Source: Longivirga aurantiaca
GTDB lineage: Bacteria; Actinomycetota; Actinomycetes; S36-B12; CAIYMF01
Assembly (NCBI RefSeq): GCF_042660085.1
Contig: NZ_JBHSTI010000002.1
Span: 330,001-362,000, forward strand
DNA: 32,000 nucleotides
Reading direction: 5' to 3'
This document shows positions 1 through 8,479 of this stretch, piece after piece. Positions within the stretch are counted from its first letter, which is position 1; every line of letters starts with the position of its first letter. Position numbers and translations under genes: made by a program. The notes beneath the pieces are model-generated. The model was not told the origin of the DNA and made no database searches. It saw only the letters and a program-made list of their open reading frames with translations.

Positions 1-399
1 CTGGAGGTCGGCGTCGACGAACACCACGATGTCGCCCGTCGTGACGGCGAGGGATCGCCACATGGCCTCGCCCTTGCCGCCGCTGCCCGTGTGCTCCGGC
101 AGGATCTCGGCGCGCTGCACGACGCGTGCACCCGCCGCCGCGGCGATCTCGGCGGTCCGGTCGCTGGAGCCGCCGTCGATCACGACGAGCTCGTCGACCA
201 GGCGTCGGTGCTCGGGCGCGGCCGCCCCGAACGAGCGGTGCACGATCTCGACGATCCGGCCGACCGTGGGCTCCTCGTTGAGCGCGGGGAGCACGACGCT
301 CACCGTGGTCGGGCCCTTCACGGTCGCGAGGAGGTCGACCGGCCAGTCCGAGGCCGTGGTCGTGCGACGCTCGAACCAGGCTGCGACGTCCTCGCGCAC
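1..399 (-). CDS. gpgS: Glycosyltransferase family 2, glucosyl-3-phosphoglycerate synthase-like (partial; C-terminus beyond window edge)
   Basis: Reverse strand reads VREDVAAWFERRTTTASDWPVDLLATVKGPTTVSVVLPALNEEPTVGRIVEIVH...DELVVIDGGSSDRTAEIAAAAGARVV...GGKGEAMWRSLAVTTGDIVVFVDADLQ: GT2 nucleotide-sugar binding (VVLPALNEE), DGGSSDRT and DAD motifs. GTG start at 399 with AAGGAG upstream. Confidence 0.8.
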   Translation of the reverse strand, partial: MREDVAAWFERRTTTASDWPVDLLATVKGPTTVSVVLPALNEEPTVGRIVEIVHRSFGAAAPEHRRLVDELVVIDGGSSDRTAEIAAAAGARVVQRAEILPEHTGSGGKGEAMWRSLAVTTGDIVVFVDADLQ

Positions 400-555
400 G
401 GCTCTCCTTCATCTCAGCGATGTCTCACGATCCGGACCTGCGTCGTCCCGAGGGGCGGGACTCCCGTACAGTCTTGCGCACGGAGTGAACGTCGGCCCCC
501 GGGCCGGGTGTTCCCTCCCGTCGAGGCTTCCGGCCCGGCACAACAGAACATCGCT

Positions 556-702
556 CATCCAGAGGGGCAGAGGGATACGGCCCGATGAAGCCCCGGCAAC
601 CACCCGGACAACCTCCGAGCGACGTGCAGACGTCGCGCGAGGCCGACCGGAGAAGGTGCCAACTCCGTCCTGTCGGCCGAACGGTCAGGCAGGGAAGATG
701 AG
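556..702 (+). promoter_or_regulatory. SAM-I (S-box) riboswitch in leader of threonine-synthase-like gene
   Basis: P1 stem CTCATC (556-561) / GATGAG (697-702). Conserved core 'agagggatacggcccgatgaagccccggcaacc' and 'ggtgccaactcc...ggcagggaagatgag', matching the S-box consensus. ATG of the next gene lies 15 nt downstream. Confidence 0.93.
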
Positions 703-717
703 GAGAGAGGCCTCGCC

Positions 718-2016
718 ATGTCCACGTCGTTCATCCCCGCGTCCGAGCTGCCGGCCGACGACGCTCCCCCCGCCGCCCCCGACTTCGGTCCGGCCGCGCG
801 CCTCACCTGTCGTGAGTGCGGCTCCTCCTATGCGCTCGGTGCCGCGTACGCCTGCATCGAGTGCTTCGGCCCGCTCGAGGTCGGCTACGACTACGTCGAC
901 GTGACGCGCGAGCGCATCGAGTCCGGCCCGCAGAACATGTGGCGCTACGCGTGCCTGCTGCCGGTCGCGTCGTACGCCGGCGACGAGCCCAACCTGAACC
1001 CCGGCATGACGCGCCTCGTGCGCGCCGACAACCTGGCGCGGGCGCTCGGGATGACCGGCACGCTCTGGGTCAAGGACGACAGCGGCAACCCGACGCACTC
1101 GTTCAAGGACCGCGTCGTCGCCGTCGCGCAGAGCGCGGCCCGCCGCCTCGGCCTCGGCACCATCGCGTGCGCCTCCACCGGCAACCTCGCCGGTGCCGTG
1201 GCCGCGGCTGCGGCGCGCGGCGGCCAGAAGTCGGTCGTGGTCATCCCGTCCGACCTCGAGGACGGCAAGGTCGTGACGGCGGCGACGTACGGCGGCACGC
1301 TGCTCGCGGTCAACGGCAGCTACGACGACGTCAACCGCCTCTGCTCCGAGCTCATCGGCGACCCGCTCACCGAGGACTGGGGCTTCGTCAACGTCAACCT
1401 GCGCCCGTACTACGCCGAGGGCTCGAAGACGGTCGGGTACGAGATCGCCGAGCAGCTCGGGTGGCGCCTCCCGCAGCAGGTCATCTCGCCGATCGCGTCG
1501 GGGTCGCTGCTCACCAAGGTGGACAAGGCGTTCCGCGAGTTCGTGCAGCTCGGTCTCGTAGCGGACACGCCGTACCGCGTCTTCGGTGCGCAGGCCACGG
1601 GGTGCTCGCCGGTCTCGGTGGCGTTCCGCGAGGGCCACGACGTCGTGCGCCCGCAGCGGCCGAACACCATCGCCAAGTCGCTCGCGATCGGCAACCCGGC
1701 CGACGGCCCCTACGCGCTCGACGCCGTACGCCGCTCCGGCGGCGCGATCGGCGACGTGAGCGACGCGGAGGTGACCGAGGGCATCCGGCTGCTCGCCGAG
1801 ACCGAGGGCATCTTCGCCGAGACCGCGGGCGGTGTGACCGTGGCCGTGCTGCGCCAGCTGCTCGCCTCCGGCGCTGCCGACCCGGCCGCAGAGACCGTGC
1901 TGCTCAACACCGGAGACGGCCTCAAGACCCTCGACGCCGTCCTCGGCCACGTCGGCCCCACCGCCGTGATCGACGCCGACGTCGACGAGGTCACCCGAGT
2001 CCTCACCACCCCCTGA
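718..2016 (+). CDS. thrC/metM: PLP-dependent threonine synthase family protein; candidate MetM-type homocysteine synthase
   Basis: Protein MSTSFIPASELPADD...LTCRECGSSYALGAAYACIECFGPLEVGYD...WVKDDSGNPTHSFKDRVV...ACASTGNLAGAVAAAAARGG...; the SFKDR lysine motif, zinc-ribbon-like N-terminus and ThrC architecture. SAM riboswitch directly upstream. Confidence 0.92.
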   Translation: MSTSFIPASELPADDAPPAAPDFGPAARLTCRECGSSYALGAAYACIECFGPLEVGYDYVDVTRERIESGPQNMWRYACLLPVASYAGDEPNLNPGMTRLVRADNLARALGMTGTLWVKDDSGNPTHSFKDRVVAVAQSAARRLGLGTIACASTGNLAGAVAAAAARGGQKSVVVIPSDLEDGKVVTAATYGGTLLAVNGSYDDVNRLCSELIGDPLTEDWGFVNVNLRPYYAEGSKTVGYEIAEQLGWRLPQQVISPIASGSLLTKVDKAFREFVQLGLVADTPYRVFGAQATGCSPVSVAFREGHDVVRPQRPNTIAKSLAIGNPADGPYALDAVRRSGGAIGDVSDAEVTEGIRLLAETEGIFAETAGGVTVAVLRQLLASGAADPAAETVLLNTGDGLKTLDAVLGHVGPTAVIDADVDEVTRVLTTP

Positions 2017-2040
2017 CCTGACCCGAGCTACTGCCCAAAC

Positions 2041-2067
2041 GGTCGTTGAGCGAAGTGCTTCAGCGAC
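2041..2067 (+). repeat. Short hairpin between thrC/metM and sulfur carrier gene
   Basis: GGTCGTTGA (2041-2049) pairs with TCAGCGACC (2059-2067), one G-U wobble. Confidence 0.6.
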
Positions 2068-2110
2068 CATGTGGGCAGTAACTCGCGGAGCAACGAGAGA
2101 AGGCAGTGCC

Positions 2111-2392
2111 ATGAGCGTGTCGGTCCGGATCCCGACGATCCTGCGCACCTACACCGACGGCGCCAGCGAGGTGACCGTCGAGCCGGCCGAGGACACCCTC
2201 ACATCGGTGCTCGACGCCCTCGAGGCCGCCGCGCCCGGCATCAAGGCCCGCGTGCTCGACGACGAGGGCAAGCTGCGCCGGTTCGTCAACGTGTACGCCG
2301 ACGACGAGGACGTCCGCTTCGTCGGCGGCCTCGACACCCCGACGCCCGCGGGCACGAAGGTCTCGATCATCCCCGCCGTGGCCGGCGGCTGA
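2111..2392 (+). CDS. metO: MoaD/ThiS-family sulfur carrier protein (ends ...AVAGG), candidate MetO
   Basis: MSVSVRIPTILRTYTDGASEVTVEPAEDTLTSVLDALEAAAPGIKARVLDDEGKLRRFVNVYADDEDVRFVGGLDTPTPAGTKVSIIPAVAGG: beta-grasp carrier fold signature with terminal di-glycine. Upstream AGAAGG RBS. Same strand and adjacent to thrC-like gene. Confidence 0.88.
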   Translation: MSVSVRIPTILRTYTDGASEVTVEPAEDTLTSVLDALEAAAPGIKARVLDDEGKLRRFVNVYADDEDVRFVGGLDTPTPAGTKVSIIPAVAGG

Positions 2393-2403
2393 TCGTCGTA
2401 CGC

Positions 2404-2446
2404 CGAGAGCCCCGCATCCGTCTGCGCGACGGGTGCGGGGCTCTCG
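2404..2446. terminator. Strong stem-loop terminator between convergent genes
   Basis: CGAGAGCCCCGCA (2404-2416) / TGCGGGGCTCTCG (2434-2446), with inner CCGTC / GACGG pairing. Confidence 0.8.
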
Positions 2447-2466
2447 CGGTCTGTGCTCCGACGAAG

Positions 2467-2500
2467 GACGGCACCGGGCGCTCGCGCGCTCGGTGCCGTC
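2467..2500. terminator. Second stem-loop terminator
   Basis: GACGGCACCG (2467-2476) / CGGTGCCGTC (2491-2500), inner GCGC/GCGC. Confidence 0.7.
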
Positions 2501-2563
2501 GGGCGATCCGGGGTCCCTCCCGGGGGAGGGCTGGGTACCCGTTCCTGAGGGACGTGTGGCGAC

Positions 2564-2911
2564 CTACTCGGGGATCGGGTCGTACTCCGGGTCGACGTAG
2601 TGGAGAGCAGCCTCCTCGGCGGTGAGGTCGTCGTCCTCGCCGGAGTCGTGCGCGGTCACGTCGTCGTGCTCGCTGTCGAGGGCGTCGCGGTCCTCGGTCA
2701 GGCGCCCGACGATGACCTCGCGGTGCCCCTCGCGGTGCGGCGCGAAGGCGGCGGCGGGGTCGTCCGAGCCGTACTGCTCGGTCAGGTCGGCCTCGAGCGC
2801 GTCGGCGACCTCGTCGCCCGCCTGGCCGCGCCCGGGGTACGCCGGGCCGTCGTACTTCTCGTCCTCGGTCCCGTGCCCGAGACCCGTGTACTCGCGCTCG
2901 TTGGTGCTCAT
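2564..2911 (-). CDS. Conserved acidic hypothetical protein
   Basis: MSTNEREYTGLGHGTEDEKYDGPAYPGRGQAGDEVADALEADLTEQYG...EYDPIPE. ATG start; protein-like composition; bounded by its own terminator. Confidence 0.6.
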   Translation of the reverse strand: MSTNEREYTGLGHGTEDEKYDGPAYPGRGQAGDEVADALEADLTEQYGSDDPAAAFAPHREGHREVIVGRLTEDRDALDSEHDDVTAHDSGEDDDLTAEEAALHYVDPEYDPIPE

Positions 2912-3003
2912 GAGGTCATTGTGTCCCGCTGGCACCCGGGACGCGCGGCATGTGCGGGAGCCGTCCGGGTGCCTCCCGGCAGGGGTCCGGAGGGCGGTCG
3001 CGG

Positions 3004-3030
3004 CTTGCACTCGGACCCCGAGAGTGCCAA
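3004..3030 (+). promoter_or_regulatory. CIRCE element 1 (HrcA operator)
   Basis: CTTGCACTC-N9-GAGTGCCAA; core GCACTC-N9-GAGTGC identical to CIRCE consensus core; upstream of groEL. Confidence 0.85.
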
Positions 3031-3038
3031 CAATGGCG

Positions 3039-4839
<1,801 letters not shown>

Positions 4840-4866
4840 TCCGTCCGCACCACCACGCACGACCTC

Positions 4867-4900
4867 GTACCGCCCGGGCCCCCACGGTCCCGGGCGGTAC
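4867..4900 (+). terminator. Rho-independent-like terminator after groEL
   Basis: GTACCGCCCGGG (4867-4878) / CCCGGGCGGTAC (4889-4900), 12 bp perfect arms. Confidence 0.8.
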
Positions 4901-4914
4901 GCATGTCTCCGGCC

Positions 4915-4980
4915 GCACTTCTGCGCCCCTAGGGTCGATCACGGCAGTTGAGCTGCACCGGATGACCCGTACTCGTGATC
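4915..4980 (+). repeat. Dispersed repeat family 2, copy C1
   Basis: gcacttctgcgcccctagggtcgatcacggcagttgagctgcaccggatgacccgtactcgtgatc; by hand alignment 54/66 identical to 29976-30041. Confidence 0.75.
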
Positions 4981-5035
4981 ATGAGTGCCGTATCCGGTGC
5001 CGGGCGCGTGCGGCCCGGGCACTACGCTCCGGGGC

Positions 5036-5896
5036 GTGTCCAGCGATTCCGCGTCCCTGCCAGACGGCGCCCGCATCTCGTACCAGGGCGAGCCGGGGTC
5101 GAACTCCGACGCCGCCTGCGAGGCCGTCTTCCCCGGCGTCCCGACGCTGCCGAACGCCACCTTCGAGGATGCCCTCGCCGCCGTGGTGAACGGCGAGGCC
5201 GACCTCGCGATGATCCCGATCGAGAACTCGATCGCCGGTCGGGTGGCCGACATCCACCACCTGCTGCCCGGGTCGGGCCTGTCGATCATCGGCGAGTACT
5301 TCATGCCGATCCACTTCCAGCTCATGGCCGTGCCCGGCACCCGGCTCGACCAGATCACGACCGTGCGCAGCCACATCCACGCCCTCGGGCAGTGCCGCAG
5401 GCTCGTGCGCGAGCACGGGTGGCGCCCCGTGGTGGCCGACGACACTGCCGGGGCCGCCCGCGTCGTCGCCGAGCTCGGCGACCCGGCCGTGGCCGCCCTT
5501 GCGCCGCACCGCGCCGCCGCGCTCTACGGGCTCGAGATCCTCGCCGAGGACGTCGAGGACGAGCACACCAACACCACGCGGTTCGTCGTCCTCGCCCGGG
5601 AGCCGCAGGTGCCCGAGCACGACGGCTCGCTCGTCGTGACGTCGTTCGTCTTCCGGGTGCGCAACGTCCCCGCTGCCCTCTACAAGGCGCTCGGAGGTTT
5701 CGCCACCAACGGCGTCAACATGACCAAGCTCGAGAGCTACCAGCTCGACGGCACGTTCACCGCGACGGAGTTCTACGCCGACGTCGAGGGCCACCCCGAC
5801 GACCGCCCGCTCGCCCTGGCGCTCGAGGAGCTCGCGTTCTTCTCCAGCTCGGTGCGGATGCTGGGCACCTACCCCGCGAGCCCGTTCCGCACCTGA
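5036..5896 (+). CDS. pheA: Prephenate dehydratase
   Basis: VSSDSASLPDGARISYQGEPGSNSDAACEAVFPGVPTLPNATFEDALAAVVNGEADLAMIPIENSIAGRVADIHHLLP...; C-terminal ACT domain (VTSFVFRVRNVPAALYKALGGFATNGVNMTKLESYQ). GTG start assumed. Confidence 0.95.
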   Translation: MSSDSASLPDGARISYQGEPGSNSDAACEAVFPGVPTLPNATFEDALAAVVNGEADLAMIPIENSIAGRVADIHHLLPGSGLSIIGEYFMPIHFQLMAVPGTRLDQITTVRSHIHALGQCRRLVREHGWRPVVADDTAGAARVVAELGDPAVAALAPHRAAALYGLEILAEDVEDEHTNTTRFVVLAREPQVPEHDGSLVVTSFVFRVRNVPAALYKALGGFATNGVNMTKLESYQLDGTFTATEFYADVEGHPDDRPLALALEELAFFSSSVRMLGTYPASPFRT

Positions 5897-5982
5897 CCGC
5901 CCCGGTAGGTGGGTGGCGATCCCGTCGTGGAGCGCACCCTCGTTACCCGGGTACGACGGCGCTGCCGGTTCCGGACGCGCGA

Positions 5983-6008
5983 AGGCCCGGGGCAGGTGCC
6001 CCGGGCCT
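5983..6008. terminator. Bidirectional hairpin terminator
   Basis: AGGCCCGGGGCA (5983-5994) / TGCCCCGGGCCT (5997-6008), perfect 12 bp arms. Confidence 0.75.
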
Positions 6009-6031
6009 CCGTCGACGTTCGTCAGATGCGA

Positions 6032-6178
6032 TCAGAGGGCCACCAGCTCGGCCACGTAGAGCTCGGCAGAGCGCGGACCCGACGGCTCGGCCAGGTCGAG
6101 CAGCAGGGACAGCGAGACGCCGCTGCGGAGCAGGTCCATGACGGCCTGGGTGCCGTCGTACGTAGTCGCGGTCCACAT
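6032..6178 (-). CDS. Small protein, 48 aa, unknown function
   Basis: MWTATTYDGTQAVMDLLRSGVSLSLLLDLAEPSGPRSAELYVAELVAL. ATG preceded by AAGGAGG at good spacing; followed by hairpin terminator at 5983-6008. Below the ORF-track length cut-off. Confidence 0.65.
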   Translation of the reverse strand: MWTATTYDGTQAVMDLLRSGVSLSLLLDLAEPSGPRSAELYVAELVAL

Positions 6179-6200
6179 GGCCGCCACCTCCTTGATCACA

Positions 6201-6219
6201 GTCCGTTCATCGAACGGAC
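6201..6219. promoter_or_regulatory. Inverted repeat upstream of 48-aa small ORF
   Basis: GTCCGTTC-ATC-GAACGGAC, 8 bp perfect arms, about 22 nt upstream of the small ORF start. Confidence 0.6.
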
Positions 6220-6381
6220 ACGCGCGACGCTGGTGAGCCGTTCGGGTGGTGCAACCCGTGGTGCTCCGAACGGGCTACCGCGGGCACCGGCCGTTCGTGC
6301 CGTCTTGAGCAGGACGAGAGGCAGGACGGGTGACAGGCAACTCGCGCGCGCGGGACACCGTCCCGCTGCGAGCATCGGCAG

Positions 6382-6936
6382 ATGGACCTCGTCGCGCCGG
6401 ACCGCGCCTACCTCGACGGCTACCTCGACGCCCTGCGCCGGGAGTGGTCGCCGACGACGACCGACCCCGGCTACTGGCGCGCCGAGCTCGCCCGGGTCTC
6501 GGCCGACCCCGACCTCGCGCTGGCGCAGTTCAACGAGCGCGACGGAGGCGGCCGGACGATCACGCTGCCCGACGGCACCGAGGTGGCCCGCATCCCCGGC
6601 GTGGTGCGCTGGCTGTGGGACGGCGAGTTCTGCGGCGCCATCAACGCCCGCTGGCAGCCCGGCACGCCCGACCTCCCGCCGCACGTGCTCGGCCACATCG
6701 GCTACAGCGTCGTCCCCTGGAAGCAGCGCCGGGGCTACGCGACCGAGGCGCTGCGCCAGATGCTCGACATCGTCCGGACGGAGGGGCTCCCGTACGTCGA
6801 GATCACGACCCAGCCGGACAACATCGGCTCGCAGCGGGTGATCGAGGCCAACGGCGGAGTGTCGCTCGGGGAGTTCGTCGAGCCCGAGCAGTACGGCGGG
6901 CACCTGGGCGTGAAGTACCGCATCGACCTCGCCTGA
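6382..6936 (+). CDS. GNAT family N-acetyltransferase
   Basis: ...ARWQPGTPDLPPHVLGHIGYSVVPWKQRRGYATEALRQMLDIVRTEGLPYVEITTQPDNIGSQRVIEANGGV...: GNAT motif A (RRGYATEAL) and motif B. Confidence 0.85.
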   Translation: MDLVAPDRAYLDGYLDALRREWSPTTTDPGYWRAELARVSADPDLALAQFNERDGGGRTITLPDGTEVARIPGVVRWLWDGEFCGAINARWQPGTPDLPPHVLGHIGYSVVPWKQRRGYATEALRQMLDIVRTEGLPYVEITTQPDNIGSQRVIEANGGVSLGEFVEPEQYGGHLGVKYRIDLA

Positions 6937-6937
6937 C

Positions 6938-7486
6938 TCACCCGCCGTCCGGCGCCCAGCCCTTCGGCTCGGCGGGGTCGGACGGCGGGTCGGCCAGGGT
7001 CCGCTGGAACCAGGCGACGCTGCGCCAGGCGCCGAGCTTGAAGCCGACGTCGCGATAGACGCCGAACTGCGCGAACCCGTGCGCACGGTGCAGCGCGACG
7101 CTCGCGTCGTTCGGCAGCGCGATCCCAGCGAAGCACTGCACGTAGCCGAGCCGCTCGACCGTCGGGAGCAGCTCGGCATACAGCGCCGTGCCGATCCCGC
7201 GGCCCGTGGCGCCGGCGTCCAGGTAGACCGACACGTCGCACGCCCAGCGGTAGGCCCGGCGCACGCGGTGGTGGGCTGCGTAGGCGAACCCGAGCACGCG
7301 CTCCTCCGCGTCCTCCGCGACCAGCCATGGCAGGAGCGGGGCGGCTGCCATACGCGCGGCCATCTCCCGGGCGTCCGGCGCGACCTCTTCGAACGACGCG
7401 TACGACGCCTCCACGTGCGGTGCGTAGACCGCGGCGATCCGTTCGGCGTCGCGCGGGGACGCTGCACGGACACGGATGTCGGCCAT
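6938..7486 (-). CDS. GNAT family N-acetyltransferase (phosphinothricin acetyltransferase-like)
   Basis: MADIRVRAASPRDAERIAAVYAPHVEASYASFEEVAPDAREMAARM...CDVSVYLDAGATGRGIGTALYAELLPTVERLGYVQCFAGIALPNDASVALHRAHGFAQFGVYRDVGFKLGAWRSVAWFQR: PAT/MddA-like motifs. Confidence 0.9.
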   Translation of the reverse strand: MADIRVRAASPRDAERIAAVYAPHVEASYASFEEVAPDAREMAARMAAAPLLPWLVAEDAEERVLGFAYAAHHRVRRAYRWACDVSVYLDAGATGRGIGTALYAELLPTVERLGYVQCFAGIALPNDASVALHRAHGFAQFGVYRDVGFKLGAWRSVAWFQRTLADPPSDPAEPKGWAPDGG

Positions 7487-7594
7487 GGCGCGACCCTAGC
7501 CACGGCAGTCGGTCGCGCGACGTGTGCCGCGCGCTCGTCCGTGGTGGGATGAGGTCCCACCCGTGGCCCGTGGCCCGTCGCACCAGGAGCACCC

Positions 7595-8329
7595 ATGCCC
7601 GCCAGCCGTGATCTCACCGGGACCGTCGTCGTCATCACCGGGGCCACCGCCGGCATCGGCCGGGAGACGGCGCGCCAGCTCGTGGCCAAGGGGGCCAAGG
7701 TCGCGCTCGGCGGTCGTCGCCAGGAGAGGCTCGACGAGCTCGTCGCCGAGCTGGGCGCCGACAACGCCGTCGGCGTCGTCATGGACGTGCGCTCGCCGGA
7801 GGACAACGCGCGCCTGGTGGCTGCCGCCGTCGACCGCTGGGGCCGGCTCGACTCGGTGGTGCCGAACGCCGGCGTCGGCATGTACGGCGGGATCCTCGAC
7901 CAGACCGACGAGGACCTCGCGTTCATGATGGACACGAACTACGCCGGGACCGTGTGGTCCGTGCGTGCAGCCCTCCCGGCGATCCTCGCCACCGGCGACG
8001 GCGGCGACGTCGTGATCGTCTCCAGCGTCGCCGGCTTCCGCGGCGGTCCGGACGAGGCGGTGTACGCCGGGACGAAGCACGCGCAGGTGGGTCTCGCCGG
8101 ATCGCTCGACCGCGAGCTGCGCGAGCGGGGCGTGCGCGTCACCCTCATCTGCCCCGCCGGCACGGCGACCGAGTTCGCCGTCGGAGCGGGTCGCACCGAG
8201 GACGACCCGCGGTTCGCCGAATGGCTCACCGCCGAGGACGTCGCATCGGCCGTCGTGCACACGCTCGAGCAGCCCCGCTCCCTGCGCACCGCGATCTGGA
8301 CCCTGTGGTCGATGGGCCAGGGCAGCTAG
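7595..8329 (+). CDS. Short-chain dehydrogenase/reductase
   Basis: TVVVITGATAGIGRETARQLVAKGAKVALGGR...NAGVGMYGG...YAGTKHAQVGLAGSL: TGxxxGIG, NAG and YxxxK motifs. Confidence 0.93.
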   Translation: MPASRDLTGTVVVITGATAGIGRETARQLVAKGAKVALGGRRQERLDELVAELGADNAVGVVMDVRSPEDNARLVAAAVDRWGRLDSVVPNAGVGMYGGILDQTDEDLAFMMDTNYAGTVWSVRAALPAILATGDGGDVVIVSSVAGFRGGPDEAVYAGTKHAQVGLAGSLDRELRERGVRVTLICPAGTATEFAVGAGRTEDDPRFAEWLTAEDVASAVVHTLEQPRSLRTAIWTLWSMGQGS

Positions 8330-8344
8330 CCCCACCCGGGGATT

Positions 8345-8406
8345 TGCCCCCGATGTCGTTGCTTCCCCACACGTTCGGTCGTGACTTCACGACCGAACCG
8401 GGGGCA
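8345..8406. repeat. Nested inverted repeat (cruciform/stem-loop) upstream of LtrA-family gene
   Basis: Inner GTTCGGTCGTG (8373-8383)-ACTT-CACGACCGAAC (8388-8398), 11 bp; outer TGCCCCCG (8345-8352) / CGGGGGCA (8399-8406). Confidence 0.7.
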
Positions 8407-8479
8407 GATCCGCGGGCTGTCCTTCGCCCACGGCTGATTCCGGCGTGCACCGGGGCGTACGACGTCTACCGTCCCTCTC

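Noticed and set aside
29-904. 291-aa minus ORF over gpgS fragment, riboswitch and thrC start
   Set aside because: Low-complexity frame crossing a conserved riboswitch. The N-terminal glycosyltransferase frame explains 1-399.
685-2148. 487-aa antisense ORF opposite the thrC-like gene
   Set aside because: Shadow ORF. The sense frame carries ThrC motifs, and this ORF would also overlap the riboswitch and intergenic region.
4867-4900. Perfect 12-bp palindrome after groEL considered as a novel element
   Set aside because: Position right after a stop codon and GC-rich stem fit an ordinary actinobacterial L-shaped terminator.
5983-6008. 12-bp inverted repeat considered as a transposon end
   Set aside because: Lies between convergent stops of pheA and the 48-aa ORF and is best explained as a bidirectional terminator.
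6382-7486. Two GNATs tail-to-tail (1-nt gap) considered as a toxin-antitoxin or resistance module
   Set aside because: Neither resembles a GNAT toxin (no RHH/HTH antitoxin partner), and convergent orientation argues against an operon. Treated as ordinary acetyltransferases.
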